DNA of 64,000 nt from Aquabacterium sp. A7-Y (GCF_026153205.1 NZ_JAPFBW010000026.1:32315-96314), one strand, 5' to 3'; numbered from the stretch's first letter, positions 35,977 to 46,085 are shown. Notes: generated from the letters alone by a model not told the origin. Translations and numbers: made by a program.

Positions 35977-36102
35977 TTCAGAAGGAAGGAATAAACGATC
36001 CCTAAGCCGCGCCTCCGTCTCGTCCTTCACCCTTAATTTCGCCCGTCGGGCAGCACGGCAGAGGTCCCTGCTCGACGCCACTCACCCTGCCCGAGCATTG
36101 CC

Positions 36103-36474
36103 ATGGACACCCTTGTGTTTCTTCTGTCCCTCTTCCTTGCGGTCGTCGGTCCCATCATCGCCATCACCTACATGCGCCCCATCCTCTTGAAGGTGCTGCG
36201 AGGCTTGTGCCCCGCCGACTGCGGCGCCGAATTCTGGGTCCGATCCGCCTATCTGCTCGCCGTCTCCGGCACGCTGCTCCTGCTGCTCAGCTTCGGCCTG
36301 TTCGAACCCGGGACGGCGTGGGTCGAGTCGCTGCGTCGAACCCTCTGGTTGATCCTCACAGGCGTGTTCCTGACCATTGCCTTCATCGCACAGAAGGTCT
36401 GGTCTCAAGTCCAGGTGCAAGCCCCGAATGTGGACCAGGCGGCCGGCCAGGGACCGGCAGGAAACGAAGCATGA
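36103..36474 (+). CDS. small integral membrane protein
   Basis: Three hydrophobic helices. Downstream of the second operator copy. Confidence 0.5.
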   Translation: MDTLVFLLSLFLAVVGPIIAITYMRPILLKVLRGLCPADCGAEFWVRSAYLLAVSGTLLLLLSFGLFEPGTAWVESLRRTLWLILTGVFLTIAFIAQKVWSQVQVQAPNVDQAAGQGPAGNEA

Positions 36475-36498
36475 GAGTCTGAACACCAAGGTGCCGTG

Positions 36499-36972
36499 AT
36501 GCAGACCTACCTGATCCTCAAATGGGTGCACATCGTCTCCAGTGTGCTGATGGTCGGCACCGGGCTGGGCTCGGCGTTTTACATGTTCTTCACGAATCGC
36601 AGCGGCGATGTGCGTGCCCAGGCTATCGTCAGCCGCCTCGTCGTCAGGGCAGACTGGTGGTTCACAGCGCCGACTGCGCTCATCCAGCCGGCCACCGGCA
36701 TCGCCATGGCGCATCTGGCGGGCTGGCCTCTCGGCACGCCCTGGCTCGCCACCTCCATCGCTTTGTACGTCGTCGCGGGCGCGTGCTGGCTGCCGGTGGT
36801 CTGGCTGCAGATCCGGATGGCTTCGCTGGCCCAGGAGGCGGCCCGATCCGGCACGCCGCTGCCCACCCAATACGGGCGATACGCCACGTGGTGGGAGGGA
36901 CTCGGGTATCCGGCCTTCTTCGCGATGGCAATCGTCTTCTTTCTGATGGTCAACAAGCCGGCTCTCTGGTGA
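36499..36972 (+). CDS. DUF2269-family membrane protein
   Basis: Four TM helices and family-like pattern (LKWVHIVSSVLMVGTGLGSAFYM). Confidence 0.55.
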   Translation: MQTYLILKWVHIVSSVLMVGTGLGSAFYMFFTNRSGDVRAQAIVSRLVVRADWWFTAPTALIQPATGIAMAHLAGWPLGTPWLATSIALYVVAGACWLPVVWLQIRMASLAQEAARSGTPLPTQYGRYATWWEGLGYPAFFAMAIVFFLMVNKPALW

Positions 36973-37023
36973 ACGCAAAGAGGGCGGCGATGAATCGGCC
37001 GAGTTGCCGACCGAAAGGCTGAA

Positions 37024-37566
37024 ATGCGAAACCACCTCCATCGTGCAAGGTCCGTCGCCTTACCGGCAGACAGCGGCATTGCCCACTTGTATGAGGATGC
37101 CCATCTGGCGGATGCGTTCGCCATCGCACTGCCGCCGTCGGCGACCGAGGACATTGAAGCATTGGCTCGCTCCGCGCTCGGCAATCCGGCACCCTGGTCC
37201 CGTGTGCTCCTGGCGCTGCGCGACGCAGCAATGACAAGATTCGGTGTGAAGACCTCCGAGCAGATCCGCGCCAAGCTGAGTCAAGATGGCGTCGAATGCA
37301 TCGACTTCTTCCGGATCTGCAGCCGGTCGAGCCGTGAGTTGGTCCTCGGCGAAGACGACGTGCACCTGGACTTCAGAGCGTCCGTGCTGCTACAGCCCCG
37401 GCACGGCGGGCCGGGCCATGAACTGGTGGCGACGACCGTCGTGCACTGTCACAACCGACTGGGCCGCGCCTATCTGGCGCTGATCGCGCCGTTTCATCGC
37501 CTCATCGTTCGGTCCACCCTGTCCAGGGCGGCAAGTCGGGGGTGGCCCGTCCGCGTCGACCGCTGA
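37024..37566 (+). CDS. DUF2867 domain protein
   Basis: ORF with family-like architecture. Low certainty on the family name. Confidence 0.5.
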   Translation: MRNHLHRARSVALPADSGIAHLYEDAHLADAFAIALPPSATEDIEALARSALGNPAPWSRVLLALRDAAMTRFGVKTSEQIRAKLSQDGVECIDFFRICSRSSRELVLGEDDVHLDFRASVLLQPRHGGPGHELVATTVVHCHNRLGRAYLALIAPFHRLIVRSTLSRAASRGWPVRVDR

Positions 37567-37670
37567 TGCGCCATCGCGTCGGGCGGCCAGGCGCCAAGTT
37601 GCCTCGCTCGATGAATTCGCGCACCATGGCGCGCTGACGCGAAGCACAACCTGAGCCCAACTTCATCAAG

Positions 37671-37943
37671 ATGACCATCGAAATCTCCAAGGAAGCTCGC
37701 AAGGAGGCCATTGCCTCGATCGAGCGATACTTTCTCGAGAACATGGAGGAGAAGATCGGGAACATCGCCGCCGGGGCGCTTCTCGGCTTTTTCCTCGAGG
37801 AAATTGGTCCGATCGTCTACAACAAGGCCGTCGCAGACGTGCAGGAACGCCTGCAAACGAGGATCATGGAACTGGATATCGAAGTCCACGAAGACGAGTT
37901 CCAGTACTGGCGCAAGTTCGATCGACAGGCCAAGAAAAAGTGA
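37671..37943 (+). CDS. DUF2164 domain protein
   Basis: 90 aa with the EIxKEARKEAIxxIxRYF family pattern. Confidence 0.55.
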   Translation: MTIEISKEARKEAIASIERYFLENMEEKIGNIAAGALLGFFLEEIGPIVYNKAVADVQERLQTRIMELDIEVHEDEFQYWRKFDRQAKKK

Positions 37944-38144
37944 ACGATCGCTGGCACACCACCGAGCAGCAGGTTCGGCGCGTTCATCGGACGTGAGGAC
38001 GGCGGCAGTGGTGGCGGCGCCGCCGACTTCATTCTGACTTCACAAGGCGCCGGCAGACTTCGCCTGCGGTCCTGCTCTCCGAAGCACCTTTCTTTCGTGA
38101 TACAAGGGTCGGGACCTTTCCTCCGGATTGCCGATCGTCACGCC

Positions 38145-39164
38145 ATGCTGCGCCTTCTCTCTTGTGTTGCCTCGAGTTTGTTCGCTACCGCCTCCTTCGC
38201 GCAGACGACCGTCGCGTTTCCCGCTGGCGAGAAAACCGTTGGGAACGGTGCCAAAGCAGTTCCTGGGCAAGCCTCCAGCTGCAGTTTCGTCGGAGCCGAT
38301 CTGCCGAAAGACACGATCGTGATCGCGGCCGGCAGCTATTCGGGGCGGCAGCTCGACTTCCAGATCGACCAGAGCGGTCACGAGGCGACGCAGTTCGATG
38401 TGGCCGTGCACTCCGACAAACCCGTGGCGCTTCTTTTAGGCGCCTACGAGCCCACCATCTGGTCAATTGGCTGGAGCAAGGGCACCCGCGTGGTGGCCGT
38501 CTTCGCCACGGGGTATCACCGACAAGTGGTGGCAGGCCTGCCGAAAGGCACGCCGGTGATCACGTCGAGCTACGAAGAGAAGAGCCCATGCGGCTACAAC
38601 TACATCGGCAGCGAGCAGGGCCTGGCCTGGGTCAATCCGAAGGCGCGCAGCGTGTTCGGCACCGAAGCCGCTCGCGTTTACAACCAGGCGCCCGGCGGAC
38701 TCCTGGACATTGTCGAGTCGACGCGGTCCAAGACGGCCTATGTGACGTCGCCTGACACTCCGCCGCAGTCTTTCAGGGACACCGCGGCTCCGAAGGCCGG
38801 GACGGCCGGACTGGAGGACGCTGTCGCCAAGGGACTGCTGCGTCCCATCACCACGGCGGACCTTGACATGGTGCGAGAGCACTACCGGGCCATGGCATCG
38901 AAGACACCGACCGGCAAGCCCGACATTCCGCCAGTCGCGGGAGCCTCTTCGTCATCACCGCCCGAGGTTCGAATTCCCTCCATCTGGATGCACAGAGGAT
39001 ATGTCGTCCAGAAGCCGTTCGTGTATCCCGCGGGTCTGTATGGCGCCAACTCCGCATCGTTCGTTGTGCCCAAGGGCGTCGCGTCGCCGACCGGGAATCC
39101 CGGGCACAGCACGGTCATCGATTTGAACCGGAGCAACCCTTGCGTGAGTGCCATGTGTCGCTGA
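38145..39164 (+). CDS. hypothetical secreted protein
   Basis: Signal peptide MLRLLSCVASSLFATASFAQ. The track ORF starts 16 codons upstream at GTG. Confidence 0.5.
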   Translation: MLRLLSCVASSLFATASFAQTTVAFPAGEKTVGNGAKAVPGQASSCSFVGADLPKDTIVIAAGSYSGRQLDFQIDQSGHEATQFDVAVHSDKPVALLLGAYEPTIWSIGWSKGTRVVAVFATGYHRQVVAGLPKGTPVITSSYEEKSPCGYNYIGSEQGLAWVNPKARSVFGTEAARVYNQAPGGLLDIVESTRSKTAYVTSPDTPPQSFRDTAAPKAGTAGLEDAVAKGLLRPITTADLDMVREHYRAMASKTPTGKPDIPPVAGASSSSPPEVRIPSIWMHRGYVVQKPFVYPAGLYGANSASFVVPKGVASPTGNPGHSTVIDLNRSNPCVSAMCR

Positions 39165-39311
39165 CCAATTCATCGCCCCGACGCCGTCCGTCACGCCCCG
39201 CAGCAAGCCCGAGGTGAACGCCAACGTCGCCACAACACGAGCTTTGTCGATCGCCTTCGGCTGCCCCTCTTTTTTACCCGCCTGCCCCCAAACCTTCGCC
39301 CGGAAGCCGGC

Positions 39312-40655
39312 TCATCGCAAGGTCAAGCTCAAGAACTCGACCCCTTGCTTCCGGGACGATGCCATGTCGAAACGGGACAGGGTCGACTGCCCCAGTAGCG
39401 AGGCACAGTCCTCGCACACCACGGCGGCAACGTTCTTCAGCTCGAAGGGCCCCAGCCGGACCGACTCGAGCACCACCGCGTCCGCAGTCACCTTGCGACC
39501 ATCGGCCGTCCGCATTTCGACACGTGGCCTCGAGACCCGCCACACCACGTCCGCAGCCTCCAGGTCGGCCGTGCTGAACGTTGTCGTGGTCGCCCCGGTA
39601 TCCACCATGAAGGGTTTGGGCCGGGAGCGGCCCAGACTGAGCGGCGCGAAATAGTGGCCGGCATGGATGGGCAATCGAAGCACCGGCTGCTCGGCGGTGT
39701 CGGTCGGCGCCTCACGCTCCAACAGGCTTTCAATACCGAGTCGCTGGGCCGCGAAGTAGCCGGGCCGCCCTTTGGCTTCTCTGGCGGCATCGAAGGCCTG
39801 CAGGAGAGACAGTGCTTCGTAGTGCCGCTTCCGTGAAACCAGCAGTTTGGCAAGCTGACCCCTGACATCGACCAGGGTCGGCGCCACGGAAAGCGTCTTG
39901 TAGGACCAGTCGATCGCCTCGTCCGTGCGGCCCGACTTCGCGAGGCTGTCGGCGTAGTACGCGAACAGCTGCGGCGCCCCTTCCCCGAGTTCCAGCGCGC
40001 GCTCGAACTCGGCGGTGGCCTCGCCATACCGGTTCAGCCTGCTTAGCGCGACACCAAGGCGGAACCGGCCGGCACCGTCTTGCGGGTGGGTGGCGGCATA
40101 GCGCCGCCACAAGCTTTCCACGCATTCCGCATCACCGTGCCGCCAGCACTCCTGGGCCCGCTCGTCCAGCTCGTCGAAGCTCAGCCGCTCGGCGTTCGCC
40201 TGGACCACATAGTGTGCATAACCCCGCACGCCCACATAGGTCAGAGTCGGCAGCAGGAGCAGAGCCAGGCAGGTGAAGAGGAACACCTTGAACCGTCCCC
40301 TCTGGGTCGGTCGCGAGCTCCACAAGCTGTATGCACCGGCCAGAAGCATCGGCCAGATGAAGCTGCCGACCACCGCACCGGCGGCCTCCGCCCCTCCTCC
40401 GCCGCGTTGCAGGACAAGGGCGGCATTGACGCCGGCGCAGGCAAGGAAGGCCAGTAAAGCGCCGCCGCGGAGCCACGGTCCGGCGCGGGTCTCTTCGGGA
40501 CTGCTTCCGCGCAGGAAGCTGATGTCCCGGGCAGCAAAGTCGGAGGGATCAGCGGCGAAGCCGACAGGTTCTTGTCGCTCGTACGACAGCTGGTGGACCT
40601 TTGTGATGGACCAGGGCGTCCGAGATGCACCGACTGCCGCACCCGCCGCTTTCAT
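39312..40655 (-). CDS. TPR-repeat protein with C-terminal retropepsin-like (clan AA) aspartic protease domain and N-terminal TM
   Basis: DTGATTT active-site motif in the C-domain. TPR-like helices in the middle. AGAGGG RBS. Confidence 0.6.
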   Translation of the reverse strand: MKAAGAAVGASRTPWSITKVHQLSYERQEPVGFAADPSDFAARDISFLRGSSPEETRAGPWLRGGALLAFLACAGVNAALVLQRGGGGAEAAGAVVGSFIWPMLLAGAYSLWSSRPTQRGRFKVFLFTCLALLLLPTLTYVGVRGYAHYVVQANAERLSFDELDERAQECWRHGDAECVESLWRRYAATHPQDGAGRFRLGVALSRLNRYGEATAEFERALELGEGAPQLFAYYADSLAKSGRTDEAIDWSYKTLSVAPTLVDVRGQLAKLLVSRKRHYEALSLLQAFDAAREAKGRPGYFAAQRLGIESLLEREAPTDTAEQPVLRLPIHAGHYFAPLSLGRSRPKPFMVDTGATTTTFSTADLEAADVVWRVSRPRVEMRTADGRKVTADAVVLESVRLGPFELKNVAAVVCEDCASLLGQSTLSRFDMASSRKQGVEFLSLTLR

Positions 40656-40969
40656 TTGTGCCCGACACCCTCTTGTCTTGGAGAGTTTAAGGCTCGGCGC
40701 TCGTCCGGCGGACGGCATCGCGAGAGGGTTGCCGGGCGCTGTCTACTTTTCCTCGCTGGCGACGCTGCCCCCACCGAGATTCGCCTGCCGGCGGGCGCCT
40801 TTGGCCCCCCTCCAAACGGGGGAGTCGCCCCTCGGGCGAGATACCTGTTCGCTAAACTGCCCTCGGGACGATGTCTCCATGCACCCGCACTCGTCAGTAC
40901 AAACAGCGCGGTGAGGCTAACGGGTCAGGTCCCTCGACCAAACAATAATTTCGTGGAAAGGGAGTCAGC

Positions 40970-41710
40970 ATGTCGATACAGGCACCAACCAGGACAGGTT
41001 TCGAAAAATGGCAGGACGGCCTCGCGCGCGCCGTCGGCGACGCCAAGTGGAATGCGTACGACTGTGAAGTCGAGATGGCCGTCGGCGAGTTCAACCGGCA
41101 TCTCGGCGGCACATCGGGCTACCGCCCTCTGGATTGGCAGCTGATCAAAGCGATGTTATGGACCGAGAGCGGTGCCGAGCACGCGGAGTGGAAAGTCAAA
41201 CCGATGCAGATCGGCGTAGCCGGCGATCCCGGCCTGATGGCGCTTCTCTCGGGGAAAGAAGGTGGCGAGCTGATCATCCCGCCGACTTGGAGCGGGCTCC
41301 TCACCGCCGGCTCGGTGAGATCGATGCCTTCCCACAATATCCGCGCCGGGATCGCCTACCTGCTCATGCGCATGGCGAACTTCGAGCACAAGAGCGTCGC
41401 TGCTGAAGACGGGCAGATCCACGAAGTCACGGTCAAAGCAGGCGACAGTTTCGACAAGATCGCCAAGGCCCAGGGGACCACGATCGACGTACTGAAACAG
41501 TTGAACCCTTCCGGCAGTGTCCTTCGGGTGGGCCAGGTTCTGAAGTACAAGAAGGCATCGGTCCGGCGCGTCATCACCGGGTGGCGGCATATCAACACGG
41601 CCTCCATTGCACAACGGTATAACGGCGGCGGCGACCCCAACTACGCTAAGAAACTGGACTACGCATTGACTCTGATCCGGAAAGGAAAAGCTGCAGCATG
41701 TCCCCAATGA
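40970..41710 (+). CDS. lytic-transglycosylase/lysozyme-like domain plus LysM peptidoglycan-binding domain protein
   Basis: MLWTESG catalytic-Glu context. LysM motif (VTVKAGDSFDKIAKAQGTTIDVLKQLNP...VGQVLKY). Confidence 0.55.
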   Translation: MSIQAPTRTGFEKWQDGLARAVGDAKWNAYDCEVEMAVGEFNRHLGGTSGYRPLDWQLIKAMLWTESGAEHAEWKVKPMQIGVAGDPGLMALLSGKEGGELIIPPTWSGLLTAGSVRSMPSHNIRAGIAYLLMRMANFEHKSVAAEDGQIHEVTVKAGDSFDKIAKAQGTTIDVLKQLNPSGSVLRVGQVLKYKKASVRRVITGWRHINTASIAQRYNGGGDPNYAKKLDYALTLIRKGKAAACPQ

Positions 41711-42144
41711 AATCTCTCACGCTGGCCTTTTTTCTCGGCATGCCGGTGCTCGGAACCGCGTTTGCGGGGGAGCGCCAGGAGGCTTCCGCAGCACTTGAGG
41801 AATGCGGCGCCCATCCTCAGGCGGGCATGCGTGAATGCCTGCAGCAGAAGGCCCGTGACAGTGAAGCAGCGTTGAAACGGGCCGAGGAAAACGCGTCCCA
41901 GACCATTTCCAAATGGGACGAAGACGCGAAGTATGTCGCCAAGGCCAGGAGCACCTTGAAGGCGTCGAACAAGGCCTTTTCTCAATACCGGGAAGCGCAC
42001 TGTGCCCACGTCGCGACGCTCGCCGGAGGGGCCGCCGGCAACGCGCTTGAGATGCGCCGCCTCGCTTGCGTGTTGGAGCTGAACGGCGGCAGGGCCCGGC
42101 AGCTCTCTGACACGACAAGCGAATTGCCGTTGAAAGGGCAATAG
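41698..42144 (+). CDS. LprI-family (DUF1311) lysozyme-inhibitor-like periplasmic protein
   Basis: Signal peptide. Conserved Cys pairs and the W...AQ..W..YR.A.C pattern. Overlaps the upstream gene by 13 nt. Confidence 0.55.
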   Translation: MSPMKSLTLAFFLGMPVLGTAFAGERQEASAALEECGAHPQAGMRECLQQKARDSEAALKRAEENASQTISKWDEDAKYVAKARSTLKASNKAFSQYREAHCAHVATLAGGAAGNALEMRRLACVLELNGGRARQLSDTTSELPLKGQ

Positions 42145-42163
42145 AAAAAGCTCGGCGGGCCGT

Positions 42164-42463
42164 TCAGGCCTCCTGACCCTGCACGGCCAGGCGTCGCTCG
42201 TTGGCGGCGGCGATCATTTTCTGCACGCCGAACACCCCGATCAAGCCGACGGGTACAAACACACCGAAGCCGATGAAGGCCATCACAGCGAACAGCTTCA
42301 TGCGGGTGGCTGCATAGCCCAGCGTGCCGATCAGGCTCAGCAACAGAAAGCCAAGCAATACCACCATCAAGCCGCCCCGAAAGCTGTCTGAAATGTCGTT
42401 CCGTGCCAAAAACGACGCCGATACCATGAGGTTGATGATGACGGAGACGATGGCTTGAGTCAT
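42164..42463 (-). CDS. small membrane protein
   Basis: Three hydrophobic helices. Internal Met chosen as start. Confidence 0.35.
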   Translation of the reverse strand: MTQAIVSVIINLMVSASFLARNDISDSFRGGLMVVLLGFLLLSLIGTLGYAATRMKLFAVMAFIGFGVFVPVGLIGVFGVQKMIAAANERRLAVQGQEA

Positions 42464-42649
42464 GGCGATCTGCTGCGGCTTACGGTTGGGCAGGTGTGGG
42501 TCGGTGCGGGCTGCTCGTAGGAGCAACCCTTCTGTAGAGGCCGCATTGTCTGGGGCTGGATCGCGGTTCGACACCACCTATTGAAGGGGCTTCCCCCTGT
42601 TTGGGGGCTTCAGCGCCGGGTCGCTGCGTGCCGGGAACACGGTCGGAGA

Positions 42650-43396
42650 TCAGTGCGGCCGTATCAGGCCCCGGGCACGGAGCTCGGCAAGCACGGAGGC
42701 GACGACAGCATCGCAACGACCGCCGGCGAACGCATACAGTTCCGTCGCCACGCGGCCCACGTCGGCCCCGAGCAGGTTCCGCAGCATCGAGCGGACGCGC
42801 AGGTAGCGGGTCTTTACGACGTCCGGACTCACCTGCAGCGCCGACGCCGTTTCCTCCACGGTCATTTCCTGCACGGCGCGCAGCATGAACAGGCTCCGGT
42901 AGAGCGCCGGCAGCTGGTCGATGGCACGCTGCAGGAACTCGCGAGCTTGCGCCTGGGAGGCCGGGGTTTCCGGCGATGAAGTGTCGGAAGGAAGTTCTGC
43001 CATCGGGTCCTCCGCCAGATGTTCTGCGTCGAGCGGCGCCTCTGTCTCGTCGAGTTGCACCAGCCGGCTCTGCTTGCGCTGCAGGCTCAAGGCCCCATTG
43101 ATCGCGATGCGCGCCACCCAGGTCGACAAGGCCGCCTCGCCCCGGTAGGTCTGCATCGAGGCGAAGGCACGCAGGTAGGCTTCCTGCACCACGTCCTGCG
43201 CGTCGGCGTCGTCATTGACGATGCCGCGTGCCGTCCTGAACATCAGGCGGTTGTAGCGCCGCATGATCGCTTCGAAGGCAGAGGCGTCGCCGGTCAAGAC
43301 GGCCGCCACGAGGTCGAGGTCGCTGCGAGCATCGGGGATGCGCCGGGCCGCCACGCCGGCGGCCGGGTCCATCCTGGGGTACAACTGTTCTGACAT
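42650..43396 (-). CDS. ECF-type sigma-70 family RNA polymerase sigma factor with C-terminal extension
   Basis: Region 2 (DVVQEAYLRAF) and region 4 (MTVEETASALQVSPDVVKTRYLRVR) are both present. Confidence 0.8.
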   Translation of the reverse strand: MSEQLYPRMDPAAGVAARRIPDARSDLDLVAAVLTGDASAFEAIMRRYNRLMFRTARGIVNDDADAQDVVQEAYLRAFASMQTYRGEAALSTWVARIAINGALSLQRKQSRLVQLDETEAPLDAEHLAEDPMAELPSDTSSPETPASQAQAREFLQRAIDQLPALYRSLFMLRAVQEMTVEETASALQVSPDVVKTRYLRVRSMLRNLLGADVGRVATELYAFAGGRCDAVVASVLAELRARGLIRPH

Positions 43397-43472
43397 GAAC
43401 GAAAGGCTCTAGGTATCTCTGCTTGAGCGCAGGCGGCACGAAAAGGTGACAAGGGCCGCACTGGCGTGTCCG

Positions 43473-45056
43473 TCAATAGCCGTGGAAGCCCTCGGTGTGG
43501 ATGTCGGCGCTCGCGATGCCGATCCGACCCAATGCATTCTGCACGTCCGCCACCATCGCAGGCGAGCCGACGATGTAGAAAACCGGCGAGGACAGAGGTC
43601 CGCACAGCCGTTCGAGCAAACGTTCGTCGACGCGACCCGACAGTCCCTGCCATCCGTCCTGCAGCGCCGACGGATCGGACATCGTGGCGAACAAGCGGAA
43701 GTCGGGGCACCTGGCTTGCAGTGCTTGCAACTCGTCCAGGAAGGCGGCGTCCTCGGGCCTTCGGCTGGCGTAGATCAGGGTCACCGGAGAGGCCGGGCGC
43801 TCCAGCTGGGCCTGCCGCAACATGCTGACGAAGGGTGCGATGCCGATCCCGCCCGCGATGAACACCGTCTGGCGGGCCTCCGGGTCGCGCAGGGTGAGCC
43901 CGCCGAACGGGCCTTCGAGGCTCACTGAGCGACCGACAGGCAAGGCAGCGAGCGCGCGCTTGAACGGCGTCTCGCGCATCCGGGTGGCGATGACCAGCTC
44001 GGACTCGTGCGGGGCGCTGACCAGCGAGAAGGCGTGCCGCATCGCCGCCTGGCCGTCGCCGCTCGCAGGGGGCAGGACCAGGTTGATGGCCTGTCCGGCC
44101 ACGAAGTGGAATTCGTGCGGCCGCTCGAAGTGGAAGGCCAGCGTGTCCCGCGCGACAGCTTCCTTGCGGAGCAGACGGACCGCCTGCGCGCCGGTCCTGA
44201 GGGCTGTCGCGGCGCTGCTGGTGCTGCGGGACGGCGAGCGATGTGCAGCGTGCGGGTCGCCGGGACGGACGATGCGGGCGTAGGCGGAGTGGTTGTGGAT
44301 GGACTCGAAGTTCTCCACTTCGACTGTGTAGGCCCCGATGCGCAGATCCTGGTTGAGCGCCAAGGCCAGGTCGCGGACGATGTCCTCGGCGAACTTCGGG
44401 TTCTCGTAGGCCCGTTCGGTGACATGCTTTTCGTCGACCCGCTTCAGCAGCCCGTAGACCTCGCAGGAGGCGCTTCGCTCGGCGATGAGGATCAACTCTT
44501 CGATGAACATCGGCCCGTGCAGCTCGACGTCCAGCGTGAGGTGCGAACGCTGGTTGTGGGCCCCGTAGGCCGAGATCTCCTTGGAGCAGGGGCACAAGCT
44601 CGTTGCCGGCACCACCACACGCATCGAGAAGCGGTAGTCCCCTGAAGGCGCGAGCCGGCCCCGCCATGCCACCTGGTAGTCCAGGCGACTCTGCACGCCG
44701 GACACCGGTGCGGCCTTGGTCACGAAATACGGAAAGCGAAGCTCCACTTCGCCGCCCGGAGCATCGAGCCGGCCGAGCATGTCCCGCACCAGCATCTCGA
44801 AGGACGCCGGGTCCAGCACCTCGGGCCCGGCCTCCAGCAGCTCCAGAAACCGGGACATGTGGGTACCCTTGGTGGACGCCCCGAGCGCGACCGCCATCGA
44901 GAACTCGCCAACCGTCGGCTGGGCCGTACCGCCCCGGCTGGCGATCCGCAGCGGGTAACGCACGCCTTTGACGCCCACGGCATCGATGGGCAAGCTGCGC
45001 TTGTCCGGGCTGGCTTGAATGTCTGGCAGGAGGGTGAGGCGCTCGGGGGCGTTCAT
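43473..45056 (-). CDS. fusion protein: GTP cyclohydrolase FolE2/MptA domain plus ferredoxin-NADP-reductase-like FAD/NAD(P)-binding oxidoreductase domain
   Basis: N-half resembles FolE2 (…LCPCSKEIS…). C-half has RHAFSLVS (RxYS-like) and GGIGIAPF motifs. Confidence 0.65.
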   Translation of the reverse strand: MNAPERLTLLPDIQASPDKRSLPIDAVGVKGVRYPLRIASRGGTAQPTVGEFSMAVALGASTKGTHMSRFLELLEAGPEVLDPASFEMLVRDMLGRLDAPGGEVELRFPYFVTKAAPVSGVQSRLDYQVAWRGRLAPSGDYRFSMRVVVPATSLCPCSKEISAYGAHNQRSHLTLDVELHGPMFIEELILIAERSASCEVYGLLKRVDEKHVTERAYENPKFAEDIVRDLALALNQDLRIGAYTVEVENFESIHNHSAYARIVRPGDPHAAHRSPSRSTSSAATALRTGAQAVRLLRKEAVARDTLAFHFERPHEFHFVAGQAINLVLPPASGDGQAAMRHAFSLVSAPHESELVIATRMRETPFKRALAALPVGRSVSLEGPFGGLTLRDPEARQTVFIAGGIGIAPFVSMLRQAQLERPASPVTLIYASRRPEDAAFLDELQALQARCPDFRLFATMSDPSALQDGWQGLSGRVDERLLERLCGPLSSPVFYIVGSPAMVADVQNALGRIGIASADIHTEGFHGY

Positions 45057-45597
45057 GACGGCTGTGTCCTGGGTTCAGTGAAGGGCTTGTCCTCCTGTTA
45101 GACGCGGTGGCCGGCAAAAGGTGACAGGGGTCGGCGTGTAGGCTGCGGTGGCCCGGGCTGCCGTCTACAACGAGCTGCTATAGGTCCGGGCATGAACCTG
45201 CAGCATGAACGCATCGTCAGCCGATGCGGCGCAAACGTCCATCGAAGCGGCGGCTTCTCTTCCAGAACTTCCGCAGCGAGTACGAGCAAAGGGATGCACT
45301 CTCGCGGTGGTGGCACAACAATCAGCTGGAAGGCTCGGCTCGATTCGGCGGAGGTCCGAGCCGAGTTCTCGAAGACGGTTGGGCAGCTGATGATAAGCAG
45401 CGTCCTTCAGTCGATGGCCTGACTCAAGCCACCCTTTCCTATCTGGCTGAGCTCCTTGTCAATATCTGCGCGACCCGCACTATGCTCGTTTGCGGCACCG
45501 CCCGTAAGCCCGCCTTACAACATGCACGCACTCAGGGGGTGGCGGGGTGCGACCGCGCCGTTAGCATGCGCACACATAACAGCCCTGGGAGGGCGCC

Positions 45598-46079
45598 ATG
45601 TCGGACTACGAACACGAAGCAGCGAAGCCAGCCGTGCCTCATTGCAAGGGCGCAGCGCTGTCGCTCCGCTTCAACGGCGACTACCTGATGCTGAGCGGCA
45701 AGAAGACCTACATCTTCCCCGCCGTCTCAGGCAAGCCGGACAAGGCCGGTCACTTTTCGAACACTGTTGAGCGCCAGAAGCAGAAGGGCATCGGCCTCAC
45801 CCCAAGGGGGAATGCTGGGTCAATTTCCAGGAGCTGTGGGAGAACGCCTGATACAAGCGCGGGCCATACGCCGGGTGGGGCAACTTCCGCATCACAATCC
45901 ACAAGTTCCCCGCCACCGAGACGTATGGCCGCGGTGGCTTCTTCCTTCATGGGGGCGCCGTTCCTGGGAGCGCCGGCTGCATCGACTTGAACAACCGGAT
46001 CGACGATTTCGTCGCGGCAATGCGCGAAGAACTGGAAGGCGAGAAGCAGTGCTACATCTCCCTCTCCGTCTACTACTGA
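45598..46079 (+). pseudogene. tlde1/DUF2778-like (T6SS L,D-transpeptidase effector family) gene with a frameshift and an in-frame TGA
   Basis: N-part in frame 1 (…YIFPAVSGKPDKAGH…). C-part in frame 0 (…GGFFLHGGAVPGSAGCIDLN…). The frame switches near a C4/G5 run around 45800-45810. TGA at about 45849. Confidence 0.55.
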
Positions 46080-46085
46080 GCAAAG

